A stretch of DNA of 64,000 nucleotides from assembly GCA_963663865.1 (NCBI GenBank), contig OY760686.1:800001-864000 (forward strand), in the 5' to 3' direction. This document shows positions 1 through 9,490 of the stretch, in pieces. Origin of the DNA: Spirochaetota bacterium. Its GTDB lineage: Bacteria; Spirochaetota; UBA4802; UBA5550. The translations under genes and the position numbers were made by a program. Within the stretch, counting starts at the first letter, position 1. Each line of letters opens with the position of its first letter. The notes under the pieces were generated by a model that searched no databases, was not told the origin of the DNA, and was given only the letters and a program-made list of their open reading frames with translations.

Positions 1-1251
1 ATATGTAATGGAGACGAGGGTGACCCGGGCGCGTTCATGGACAGAAGCGTTATGGAGGGCAATCCCCACTGCGTAATCGAAGGAATGGCAATTGCCGCTC
101 TGGCTATCGGTGCCGATGAAGGCTTTGTTTATGTCAGGGCCGAGTATCCGCTGGCGGTAGAGAGAATGAAAAAGGCTGTCGCGGAAGCCACCCGGGACGG
201 AGTGATCGGCGACAGCGTAATGGGCTCATCAAAGAGATTTAAACTTACCGTAATGGAAGGTGCCGGTGCGTTCGTGTGCGGCGAGGAAACCGCGCTCATG
301 ACATCCATTCAGGGCAACAGAGGTATGCCCCGCCCGAAGCCGCCATTTCCGGCACAGAAGGGACTCTGGGACAAGCCGACAGTTATCAATAATGTTGAGA
401 CCTTCGCGGCAGTTCCGCTGATCATGTGCATGGGTGCAGATGAATACCGTAAAATGGGTACTGAGGGCTCCCCTGGAACCAAGACATTCGCCATTACCGG
501 GCAGGTCGCTAATACGGGACTTATTGAGGTTCCCTTCGGAACAACGCTCCGAGAGATTATCTTTGGTATTGCCGGCGGTGTAACCGGAGATGACGGATCA
601 ATCGACGAAAAGAATTTCAAGGCTGTGCAGATTGGAGGCCCGTCCGGGGCATGTCTGACTCCTGAACACCTCGATCTGCCTCTGGACTTTGACTCGCTGA
701 AAACAGTTGGGGCAATGGTAGGTTCCGGCGGACTTGTAGTAATGAACCAGTCGACCTGCATGGTCAAGATTGCCGGATACTTTATGCAGTTTACACAGAA
801 CGAGTCCTGCGGGAAATGTGTTCTATGCCGCGAGGGAACAAAGCAGATGCTTGCCCTTATGGATGATATAACCACAGGTAAAGCGGATGAAACTACTGTC
901 CCGCTCATAAGGGAGCTTGCGCAGGCTGTTCAGCTTGGATCGCTATGTATGCTTGGCAAGACAGCTCCGAATCCGGTACTCTCTACAATGAGATATTTCC
1001 CTGAGGAATATGACGCGCATGTCAATGACCACAGGTGCCCGGCAGGTGAATGCACCGAGCTGATCTCGCTGAAGATTGTTCCGGAGCTTTGCAAAGGCTG
1101 TACTCTCTGTGCAAAAGTCTGCCCGGCCGGAGCAATTACAGGGACTGTTAAACAGCCGCATGTCATTGACCAGAGCCTGTGCGTCAAATGCGGAGTGTGC
1201 ATTGAAAAATGCAAATTCAAGGCGATCGTAAAGGAAGGAGCTGCTTCATGA
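1..1251 (+). CDS. hydB: NADH-binding (NuoF-like) beta subunit of electron-bifurcating [FeFe]-hydrogenase, 5'-truncated by window edge
   Basis: Frame open from base 1 (ICNGDEGDPGAFMDRS). FMN motif GAGAFVCGEETAL, ESCGKCVLCREG cluster, C-terminal 2x[4Fe-4S]. ATGA overlap with hydA. Confidence 0.93.
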   Translation: MCNGDEGDPGAFMDRSVMEGNPHCVIEGMAIAALAIGADEGFVYVRAEYPLAVERMKKAVAEATRDGVIGDSVMGSSKRFKLTVMEGAGAFVCGEETALMTSIQGNRGMPRPKPPFPAQKGLWDKPTVINNVETFAAVPLIMCMGADEYRKMGTEGSPGTKTFAITGQVANTGLIEVPFGTTLREIIFGIAGGVTGDDGSIDEKNFKAVQIGGPSGACLTPEHLDLPLDFDSLKTVGAMVGSGGLVVMNQSTCMVKIAGYFMQFTQNESCGKCVLCREGTKQMLALMDDITTGKADETTVPLIRELAQAVQLGSLCMLGKTAPNPVLSTMRYFPEEYDAHVNDHRCPAGECTELISLKIVPELCKGCTLCAKVCPAGAITGTVKQPHVIDQSLCVKCGVCIEKCKFKAIVKEGAAS

Positions 1252-3251
1252 AAACAATAAACCTTATTATAGATAACAAACAGGTCCAGGTGGGCCGCGA
1301 AAAAAACCTGCTTGAGGTTATCAGGAAGGCCGGGATTGAACTTCCGACTTTCTGTTATCACTCTGAGCTTAGCGTCTACGGGGCTTGCCGCCTCTGTATG
1401 GTGGATATTGAAGGCAGGGGGCTACAGCCTGCCTGTTCAACCGCTCCGGAAGACGGGATGAAGGTGAAGACCGTTACTCCTCAGATAAGGAGCATGAGAA
1501 AGGTGATCGTTGAGCTTCTGCTGGCAAACGGCGGGCACGACTGTACAACATGCGGAAAGAGCGGGGCATGCCAGCTTCAGAGTCTTGCTCACCGTATAGG
1601 CGTACGTGATGTAAGGTTCAAAAAAATACAACCTCCATCTCCTCAGATAGATGAATCTACCTACTCAATAGTCCGTGACCCTTCCAAGTGCGTACTCTGC
1701 GGAGACTGTGTCAGAATGTGCGATGAGGTTCAGGGCGTCGGCGCTATTGACTTTGCATACAGGGGAAGCCGTACTGAGGTATTGCCCTCTTTCGGTAAGG
1801 ACCTGGAAAAGGCCGAATGTGTTTACTGCGGACAGTGCGTCAGGGTTTGTCCCACAGGCGCTCTGACTGTTAAATCTGAGACTGAAAAGGTGTGGGATGA
1901 TCTCGCGAATCCCGAAAAGAAAGTCGTAGTTCAGATAGCTCCTGCTGTGAGGGTCGCTCTCGGCGAGGAGTTCGGCATGAAGCCAGGGGTTTCTACAACA
2001 GGCCAAATGGTCGCGGCAATCAAGGCGCTCGGTTTTGATGAAGTGTATGATACTTCCTTCTCGGCTGACCTTACCGTAATTGAGGAAGGCAATGAGTTTC
2101 TCAAACGATACACATCCGGCGGAAATTTCCCGATGTTCACTTCCTGCTGCCCTGCGTGGGTAAAGTTCGCGGAGCAGTATTATCCGGAGTACACGGGCAA
2201 TCTTTCGACATGCAGGTCGCCTCAGCAGATGATGGGATCGCTCCTGAAAGAGAGTGTGCCTGAAAAGTCAGGCAAGAAGAGACAGGATGTTGTTGTTGTA
2301 TCAATTATGCCCTGTACAGCCAAGAAGTTTGAGGCGAAGAGAGAAGAGTTTTACGCGGATGGAAATCCCGATGTCGACCATGTTCTGACAACGATTGAGC
2401 TTGCGAGAATGATAAAGGAAGCCGGGATCAACTTTAATTCAATTGAGCCTGAATCATTCGACATGCCGTTCGGCTTCAAGACAGGGGCCGGTGTTATCTT
2501 CGGGGTTACCGGCGGTGTTACCGAAGCTGTTCTGAGATACGCGGTGGAAAAGCTCACCGGCAAGGTTGAGGTTAACTTTGAATATATGGATGTTCGCGGT
2601 GAAGAAGGAATAAAGGAAACAAGCATCACTGTTAATGATATCACTCTGAGACTTGCCGTGGTTCATGGACTGAGAAACGCCGAAAAAGTTATTGATATGG
2701 TACAGAACGGGACAGCTAAATATGACCTTATTGAGGTTATGTCCTGCCCGGGCGGATGTATCGGAGGCGGCGGCCAGCCCTGCACACCCGGAGCGGATGT
2801 CAGAAAGAAGAGAACTGCCGGAATATATGAAAACGACAGGATGCTTCAACTTCACAAGTCCCAGGAGAACCCTTACATCAAGGAGCTCTACGAGACAGGT
2901 ATTCTGAAGGATGAGCACTTTGCGCATGAGAAACTGCATACAAGTTACCACTCAAGAAAGCGTCTTGAAACGGAAGGAATAACTATTTCAGGAGCAGGCG
3001 CCCCTGAGCTGAGTATTGAAATCTGTTTTGGAACAGGATGCTATCTGCGGGGTTCTCAGGAACTCATGAAGCAGGTCGTGGAAGGACTTGAGGCAGACGG
3101 AATAAAAGACAGAGTAGATGTTAAAGCCGCCTTCTGTTTTGAACAGTGCGATAAGGGCCCAACTGTCAAGGTCGGGGACGAGATAATAACCGCCGCTGAC
3201 GTGACAAAGGTTCTTAAGAAGGTGACTGAGAAAATGGCTGTTAAAGCTTAA
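1248..3251 (+). CDS. hydA: [FeFe]-hydrogenase catalytic alpha subunit (group A3) with C-terminal thioredoxin-like [2Fe-2S] domain
   Basis: H-cluster motifs TSCCPAW, MPCTAKKFE, EVMSCPGGCIGGGGQP. N-terminal 2Fe-2S and 4Fe-4S motifs. C-terminal CFGTGC...FCFEQC. Start set to ATG 1248 (SD AGGAAGGAG). Confidence 0.95.
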   Translation: MKTINLIIDNKQVQVGREKNLLEVIRKAGIELPTFCYHSELSVYGACRLCMVDIEGRGLQPACSTAPEDGMKVKTVTPQIRSMRKVIVELLLANGGHDCTTCGKSGACQLQSLAHRIGVRDVRFKKIQPPSPQIDESTYSIVRDPSKCVLCGDCVRMCDEVQGVGAIDFAYRGSRTEVLPSFGKDLEKAECVYCGQCVRVCPTGALTVKSETEKVWDDLANPEKKVVVQIAPAVRVALGEEFGMKPGVSTTGQMVAAIKALGFDEVYDTSFSADLTVIEEGNEFLKRYTSGGNFPMFTSCCPAWVKFAEQYYPEYTGNLSTCRSPQQMMGSLLKESVPEKSGKKRQDVVVVSIMPCTAKKFEAKREEFYADGNPDVDHVLTTIELARMIKEAGINFNSIEPESFDMPFGFKTGAGVIFGVTGGVTEAVLRYAVEKLTGKVEVNFEYMDVRGEEGIKETSITVNDITLRLAVVHGLRNAEKVIDMVQNGTAKYDLIEVMSCPGGCIGGGGQPCTPGADVRKKRTAGIYENDRMLQLHKSQENPYIKELYETGILKDEHFAHEKLHTSYHSRKRLETEGITISGAGAPELSIEICFGTGCYLRGSQELMKQVVEGLEADGIKDRVDVKAAFCFEQCDKGPTVKVGDEIITAADVTKVLKKVTEKMAVKA

Positions 3252-3268
3252 ATAAACAGGGGGCCACA

Positions 3269-4981
3269 ATGAGCGTGCCTAAGGAAACCCGTATTGTCTA
3301 TACTCTCGAAGCCAAGTGCAGAGACTGTTACAGATGCGTGCGGGTTTGCCCGGTCAAAGCCATCAGTATGAAGAACGGGCAGGCAAAGGTAGAACCGTCC
3401 AGGTGTATATCCTGCGGCACCTGCGTCCGTGAATGCCCCCAGAACGCGAAGGTCTTCCGGGACGATACGGATGTCGTAATTGATCTCCTCAACTCTGGAG
3501 TGACGGCAGTGGCGGGCGTTGCCCCGTCATTTGCCGGCTACTTCGAGCCATGGGAAAGGCAGCGCTTTGTTTCCGCGCTGAGAATGGCCGGCTTTTCCCG
3601 TGTTGAGGAGACTGCTTCCGCGGCCTATGCCGTAAGCGCGGCCGCGAGAAAAAACTTTGAAGCAGACCCCGATTCAAGCCATATATGCACCGCCTGCCCC
3701 GCATCAGTTCTTTATGCCGAGAAGTATCATGAGAAAGCCAGCTCGTTTTTAGGTATTGAACCATCGCCGATGATTGAACATTCGGCGCGGATAAGGAAGA
3801 GAGCTGACGGAGCAGAGGCATTTGTTTTCTTCGGTCCCTGTATCGCAAAAAAAGCCGAGGCAGACAGGCCGGAATACGAGGGCCTTGTTGAGGCTGCTTT
3901 GACTTTCATTGAGGCAGAGAGGCTCCTTGAAAAGCTTGGTATCGACCTGAAGCGCTGTGAGGAGAGCTATTTTGATACACCATGCTTTGGCGAGAGCAGA
4001 CTGTATCCGGTAGCCGGCGGTCTTGTCAGGACGGCATACAACGGTGAAATACCCTCAACAGCATTGATGGCAGAGGGGCCATGCATGACCGCTGCCTCAT
4101 TTGACATAGCGGAAGAAAGGCCGTATCTTGTTGAGACGCTCTTCTGCGAGGGAGGCTGTCTCAATGGTCCGGGCATGGGCCGCGAAATAAATTACTTTGA
4201 ACGGCGTGCGCGCCTTCTAAAGTATATTCAGGATAATCCTGCTGAGGAACCCGGCGAATCGGATTCGGGTATTACTATAAGCGCAAGATTCAAATACACA
4301 GGGCTGCCGTTTGCCCGAAAGTATACGGCTGATGAGATTGCCGCTGTCTGGGCAAACACGGGAAAGGCCTCGCCGGAGCAGCGGCTTGACTGCGGCATGT
4401 GCGGGTATGACGACTGTACCGCCAAGGCGGCCGCGGTACTCGATGGTATGGCCGAACCGGAGATGTGCGTGCCGTTCATGAGAAGACTTGCCGAGCAGCG
4501 CGGCGACAAGATAATCGAGACAAGCCCAAACGGGATAGTGATTGTCGACAATGAGCTGAAAATAATCAAGATGAACCGGGCCTTTGAGAAGCTCTTCGGA
4601 AGCGCCGGATACCCTGGTAGACACATCGGGGATCTGATGGATCCGGTGCCCTTTGAGAGCATAGCGATTGGGACCTCCGACAGTATGGAGTTTACCGCCA
4701 CGCATCCAGAGAGAAGGCTGACCTGCCACGAGATGTACTATGCCCTTAGAGAAGACGGGCAGTTCGTAGGTATATTTGTGGACGTTACCCGTTTTATCGA
4801 TAACGACCGTGAGCTCGACAGAATTAAAAAGGAGACCTTTGAAAAGGCGAAGCAGCTGCTTGAGCATCAGGTCCAGGCGGCGCAGGATATGGCCTTATTC
4901 CTGGGCGAGAACACCGCAAAAACAGAGGAGCTTCTTTCCAGGCTGATGAAGATTGCCGGCGGTGGAAATGAAAAAGGCTGA
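3269..4981 (+). CDS. hydS: Sensory (group C) [FeFe]-hydrogenase with C-terminal FeS and PAS domains (HydS/HfsB-like)
   Basis: 2x[4Fe-4S] N-terminus. Variant H-cluster motifs CTACP, GPCIAKKAE, ETLFCEGGCLNGPG. DCGMCGYDDC cluster, then PAS (IIETSPNGIVIVD). Confidence 0.88.
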   Translation: MSVPKETRIVYTLEAKCRDCYRCVRVCPVKAISMKNGQAKVEPSRCISCGTCVRECPQNAKVFRDDTDVVIDLLNSGVTAVAGVAPSFAGYFEPWERQRFVSALRMAGFSRVEETASAAYAVSAAARKNFEADPDSSHICTACPASVLYAEKYHEKASSFLGIEPSPMIEHSARIRKRADGAEAFVFFGPCIAKKAEADRPEYEGLVEAALTFIEAERLLEKLGIDLKRCEESYFDTPCFGESRLYPVAGGLVRTAYNGEIPSTALMAEGPCMTAASFDIAEERPYLVETLFCEGGCLNGPGMGREINYFERRARLLKYIQDNPAEEPGESDSGITISARFKYTGLPFARKYTADEIAAVWANTGKASPEQRLDCGMCGYDDCTAKAAAVLDGMAEPEMCVPFMRRLAEQRGDKIIETSPNGIVIVDNELKIIKMNRAFEKLFGSAGYPGRHIGDLMDPVPFESIAIGTSDSMEFTATHPERRLTCHEMYYALREDGQFVGIFVDVTRFIDNDRELDRIKKETFEKAKQLLEHQVQAAQDMALFLGENTAKTEELLSRLMKIAGGGNEKG

Positions 4982-6140
4982 AATAACGACGGGCTATCTC
5001 TACGCGGACTTTACTGCCCTGTCGCGTCCAAAAATCAACAAGAACGCGTGCGGCGATTATTTTGGCTTTCACCGGGATGAGTCCGGCCTGGTCGCGGTTG
5101 TTACTGACGGACTTGGTTCGGGGATAAGGGCTTCTGTCGCGTCACGTTTCGCGTGCAGCCAGATCATTACTCTCATGGAACGGGGCTATTCGCTCCGTTC
5201 GGCGGCGGCTTCAGCCGCCAAGCTGATGCACAGGGCAAAAAATACCAACGTCAGCAACTATGCCGCGTTCACCGCGGCGCGAGTTCTTGCCAATGGCGTT
5301 GCGGCTGTAATAACCTATGAAGCTCCGGCTCCGGTCATAATAAAGTCCGGCACAGCCTCAGTAAGCGAGAGAAGATTTTACACTGCTTCAGGCGAAGTAC
5401 TCGGAGAGTCCAGGTTCACATTAAAGCAGGGCGATTCCCTGATGATAATGAGCGATGGCGTCTCTCAGGCCGGTATCGGGCACGGATATGCAAGGGGATG
5501 GGGCTCTGAAGGCGTAGCCGAGTTTGTAGGTCAGAAGATAAGCGCGGGGCTTTCTCATAGCCAGGTTCTTCAGTTGCTGATGGACAGGGCATCAGGCATA
5601 AGCGGCGGTTCTCTCGGGGATGATACCACCGCGGCATTTTTATCATGCCGGGCGGGAAGGGTAATGCATGTTATGACCGGGCCCCCCCTTGAGAAGAACA
5701 GTGATGATGATCTTGTGGAATCCTTCATGAACAAGCCGGGGGTTAAAGTCGTATGCGGTTCAACAACGGCCGATATAGTGTCGCGCTACACCGGGCGGCC
5801 TATTGAAAGGCAAAAGGTGTCGCCCGCCTTTTTCAGACCGCCAAAGTACTTCATGAAAGGTCTCGATCTTGTAACAGAAGGGGCAGTCGTTCTTAATCAG
5901 CTTTTTAACATAGTAGCGCTCACGGACATGGAACTCGACATGGAGTCATGTGTGTCGGAGCTTGCTGTCCTGATGCGGGTATGTGATATAATCCACTTTT
6001 ACGTTGGAGGAGCCGAGAACACCGGGCACAACGACATAGCCTTCGCTCAGATGGGTATTATCCCCCGTAAAAAGATCATCCCACTGCTTGCCGAGAGGCT
6101 GAGAGGGATGGGCAAGCTGGTGATATTGAACGAGTGGTAG
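4968..6140 (+). CDS. SpoIIE/PP2C-family Ser/Thr phosphatase (HfsC-like)
   Basis: ACGD, TDGLGSG, MSDGV, DDTT motifs. C-terminal MTGPP...KVVCGSTTA...TEGAVVL domain. Overlaps the hydS end. Confidence 0.88.
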   Translation: MKKAEITTGYLYADFTALSRPKINKNACGDYFGFHRDESGLVAVVTDGLGSGIRASVASRFACSQIITLMERGYSLRSAAASAAKLMHRAKNTNVSNYAAFTAARVLANGVAAVITYEAPAPVIIKSGTASVSERRFYTASGEVLGESRFTLKQGDSLMIMSDGVSQAGIGHGYARGWGSEGVAEFVGQKISAGLSHSQVLQLLMDRASGISGGSLGDDTTAAFLSCRAGRVMHVMTGPPLEKNSDDDLVESFMNKPGVKVVCGSTTADIVSRYTGRPIERQKVSPAFFRPPKYFMKGLDLVTEGAVVLNQLFNIVALTDMELDMESCVSELAVLMRVCDIIHFYVGGAENTGHNDIAFAQMGIIPRKKIIPLLAERLRGMGKLVILNEW

Positions 6141-6377
6141 TCAGCCCCAGCGGGTCGAGGCCTCGTTGTACCCCGAGTCGCTGATGGCGATTCCGGCTTC
6201 GTGTTCGGTCAGAAAGCCCATATCCCTCAGGTCTTCGACCGCGGCTCTAAGGTCCCAGCCGGAGAGTCCCAGCTTGACTTCGAGGCTGTAAAGCGAGGTG
6301 TCGCCTGAACCAGACCTTTTAGATTCGAAAAGCGTCTGAAGTATGGAGCTGCATATTTTATTAAGTTCTTTTGGCAT
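6141..6377 (-). CDS. Small 78-aa protein, probable winged helix
   Basis: Start reassigned to ATG 6377 (MPKELNK..., upstream AGGT). Helix-turn-helix plus wing pattern LEVKLGLSGWDLRAAVEDLRDMGFL...IAISDSG. Confidence 0.6.
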   Translation of the reverse strand: MPKELNKICSSILQTLFESKRSGSGDTSLYSLEVKLGLSGWDLRAAVEDLRDMGFLTEHEAGIAISDSGYNEASTRWG

Positions 6378-6655
6378 TTCTTTACCTGTCGTAGCGCTGT
6401 GTTTTTTAACCAGTCCCGGTATGTAAACAGACTTTTCTGGAAAGGGCTGCCGATTCGAGCTGATTGTTACTGCGAAAGCTGTTTTGTGCATATACGGATT
6501 ATGCACGGGATGCGGATATTTTTGGCTCTGTTGAATAAAATAATTTGACACCATTACCGCCAAAAGGCATCGTCATGCGGACATGTTTTTCAGAAACCTC
6601 TGTAAAGCAAGGGGTTTTTTGATATACAGCAGATCAAACACAACGGAAAAATGAA

Positions 6656-7354
6656 TTGAATACACAGAAAAGCAGTCTTCAGATAATACGGGAAATCAAA
6701 ATGATTCAGAAGAGGCCTGACGGCATTTTCGGAACCTTCATGACCAGGCCTGTCAGTCATCTTGTGGCGTTTACAGCCTTTAAAATGAATCTGTCACCGA
6801 ACTTTATCAGTGTACTGTCCTTTCTCTTTTGCGTGGGAGCTCTTCCATTTGTTGTTTTTCAGGCGGCCAGCCCGAGTCCCATGACTGTTGCCGTCTCCGT
6901 CTCGCTGTGGTGGCTGGGAGCTATTTTCGATGCTGCCGATGGAGACCTGGCACGGTACTCGGGCAGGGGTTCTCAGTTCGGGGGCTGGCTTGATTCCTTT
7001 CTCGACAGAATCAAGGAATTCGCGGTTTTTTCCGTTATGGGGTACCTGGCTTACAGGGTTTATGACACCGAGCTGTATCTGTTAATAGGCATTGTTGCTG
7101 TCTTTACAAATCTTATGAGCGGCTATATCAGCGACACCAAAAAGCTTTTTGTTACAGAGAGAAAGCCCGTTGTTGTTTTCTCAAAACGCTTTTCATTCGG
7201 TATGGCAGACACGAGAGATTTTATTATAATTTCCGGCCTTATTCTCAATGATTTTCGTATTCCGCTGTTTATTTACAGCAGCGCCTTTATGATAGCTCTT
7301 CTAATTCAGACAGTGTGGTTTTTTAAAAACTACGGCTCAGGGAAAACAAGCTGA
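6656..7354 (+). CDS. CDP-alcohol phosphatidyltransferase family protein
   Basis: Signature DAADGDLAR...GGWLDSFLD, SPNFIS motif, several TM helices. Start may be ATG 6701. Confidence 0.9.
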   Translation: MNTQKSSLQIIREIKMIQKRPDGIFGTFMTRPVSHLVAFTAFKMNLSPNFISVLSFLFCVGALPFVVFQAASPSPMTVAVSVSLWWLGAIFDAADGDLARYSGRGSQFGGWLDSFLDRIKEFAVFSVMGYLAYRVYDTELYLLIGIVAVFTNLMSGYISDTKKLFVTERKPVVVFSKRFSFGMADTRDFIIISGLILNDFRIPLFIYSSAFMIALLIQTVWFFKNYGSGKTS

Positions 7355-7385
7355 ATCATTGTTTGCAAAGGGACTAACTCTTTTT

Positions 7386-9446
7386 TCATGACTTGGTGAC
7401 AGGCAGCATTACCCTGAAGACCGTCCCTGCGCCGGGCTCACTGTCGACGCTTATACATCCGCCTGAACCGGTCACGATGCCATGGACAGTAGAAAGCCCA
7501 AGGCCTGTTCCTTCGCCCTGAGGCTTTGTAGTGAAAAAAGGCTCAAAGACTCTTTCAATATGCTGATGTTCTATGCCTGTGCCGTTGTCAGCGACCTCAA
7601 GCAGAATACATGGTCCGGCAGGCAGGTCGGAGCATTTTCTGAGGACTTCATCATCAACTATTAATTGTTCAAGTAAAACGGTGATTTTCCCGGTACGGGG
7701 AGTTATAGACTGAGCAGCATTTGCGCAGAGATTGATTATTATCTGCTGGAGCTGTGCAGGATTTATCATAACCGCGTCGGTTTCTTTTATATCAGCTTCT
7801 ATCTCTATGGCTAAGGGAGTAGTGGCCCGTACCAGTTTCAAGGCTTCCTCAACGACCGGCCCGGGCGTCAGTTGTGTTAGCTCAGTCCCTTTGTTCCTGC
7901 TGAATGTAAGTATCTGCTTAACAAGTTCCCTTGCACGCTCAGATGCCCCGATGACCTCAGTAAGATATTTCCTGGATTTATCCGGCAAGCTGCCAACCTT
8001 GAGTGAAAGCTCGGCAAAACCCACTATGCCGGAAAGTATGTTGTTGAAATCATGAGCTATGCCGCCGGCCATTGTTCCCATAGCTTCCATCTTTTGCGAT
8101 TGCAGCATGCTTTTTTCAAGCAGGTGTTGTGATGTTATATCTCTGCCGAAAAAAAGGTGGCTTTTAGGACTGCCCGCGTTGTCAAAGACAGATATCAGAG
8201 ATGAAGCCAGGTATAGGTGGGGGGTATTCTCATTTTTACTTAATATCTTTCCCTCCCATACGGCGGCGGATACCAGTTTGCTCCACACGTTGCCGGGAGG
8301 CTCCTCGGTTTTGAGGCATTCGAAGATATCCTTTTTTTTCAGCTGTTTCCAGTCGCTTGCTCCCGCGAGGGATGCTGCTGCTGAGTTTGCGAAAACAATT
8401 TTGCGTGCAGGATCCAGGCCTATTATTATTTCTCGGCTATGTAGAGCTATCTGTCGGAGCGTTTCAACAATCTCCTCGACAGGAACACTTGTTTTTCTGG
8501 CGTATTGGGCTATCCAGTAAAGGGTTAGAGCAACGAAAATCAGACCGCTGATGAGGATGCCAAGAAGTATCCGGTGTAGCGGTGCCATGATCTCACTGAG
8601 ATTTCTGGTTATAAATACAGTCCAGCCAGTAATTGGAACCGGTGCTATGCCGGCAATCTTTCGTATTCCCCTGAAGGTATAGGATTCGATATCAGGAACT
8701 GAAGTATTTACTTTTTTTGAAATTCTTTCCATTCCCGGCTCTTTTAGAATGTTTGTCATGAGCACAAGGTTTTCGTTCGGGTGCAGAAGAACAAGACCCT
8801 TTTTGTCAGTCACATAAGGATATCCGGTTTCACCGATTCTGATTTTTCGTACTATTTTAATCGCTGTGTCAGCGTCCATCGTCATTGCTATAAGTCCTAA
8901 AAATTGCCTGTACTGGAAGATTGGCGATGAGATAACAATTATGTTCTTTTGAGAATATTCAGAATAAAGAGGGCCTGTAACAGCGGAGAGGCCCTGCCTC
9001 GCTTTGTTGAAATAATCCCTGTCTGAAATATCGACTTTTGGGATAGGTCTCCCGGCCAAATCGAACTTCAGAATGCCATGATGATCGAAGAAGGCGATGG
9101 TTGAGTAATCCCGTTCAATTTTTTCGAGGATAGGCCTGACATGTTCAGAGGCTTTGTCATAGTTTTTCGCTGCGATATCTTCCTTAATGAGTGGGTTGGC
9201 GGACACTGCGTTACAGAGCTTCAGCTCCTGTTCGAAAAAGGTCTGAAGAGTCCTTGCCATATTAACCGCAACCTGTCTTGAGTTTTCCCCTGAAAGCCTT
9301 TCGAGTGACGCAGAAAGCGTGGTATTGACAATGAAAGCGGAAACCGCGAAGGGTGTGATTGCAGCTAAAAGAGTACTGGCAGCGAGCTTTGACCGGAAGG
9401 AGATTGAGGCAAAATAGCGTGGGAGACCTTTAAGTGACCTGATCAC
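7386..9446 (-). CDS. Cache-PAS sensor histidine kinase
   Basis: Two TM helices, dCache-like DISDRDYF, H-box AGGIAHDFNNIL, DNGTGI, FFTTK, GTGLGL. Confidence 0.92.
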   Translation of the reverse strand: MIRSLKGLPRYFASISFRSKLAASTLLAAITPFAVSAFIVNTTLSASLERLSGENSRQVAVNMARTLQTFFEQELKLCNAVSANPLIKEDIAAKNYDKASEHVRPILEKIERDYSTIAFFDHHGILKFDLAGRPIPKVDISDRDYFNKARQGLSAVTGPLYSEYSQKNIIVISSPIFQYRQFLGLIAMTMDADTAIKIVRKIRIGETGYPYVTDKKGLVLLHPNENLVLMTNILKEPGMERISKKVNTSVPDIESYTFRGIRKIAGIAPVPITGWTVFITRNLSEIMAPLHRILLGILISGLIFVALTLYWIAQYARKTSVPVEEIVETLRQIALHSREIIIGLDPARKIVFANSAAASLAGASDWKQLKKKDIFECLKTEEPPGNVWSKLVSAAVWEGKILSKNENTPHLYLASSLISVFDNAGSPKSHLFFGRDITSQHLLEKSMLQSQKMEAMGTMAGGIAHDFNNILSGIVGFAELSLKVGSLPDKSRKYLTEVIGASERARELVKQILTFSRNKGTELTQLTPGPVVEEALKLVRATTPLAIEIEADIKETDAVMINPAQLQQIIINLCANAAQSITPRTGKITVLLEQLIVDDEVLRKCSDLPAGPCILLEVADNGTGIEHQHIERVFEPFFTTKPQGEGTGLGLSTVHGIVTGSGGCISVDSEPGAGTVFRVMLPVTKS

Positions 9447-9490
9447 ATTGATTCACCATATCCTGTATGGAATCGATACGACGGCAGATG

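Noticed and set aside
6378-6563. Longer 140-aa version of the minus-strand ORF
   Set aside because: The upstream part looks like intergenic sequence. The compact domain starts at ATG 6377.
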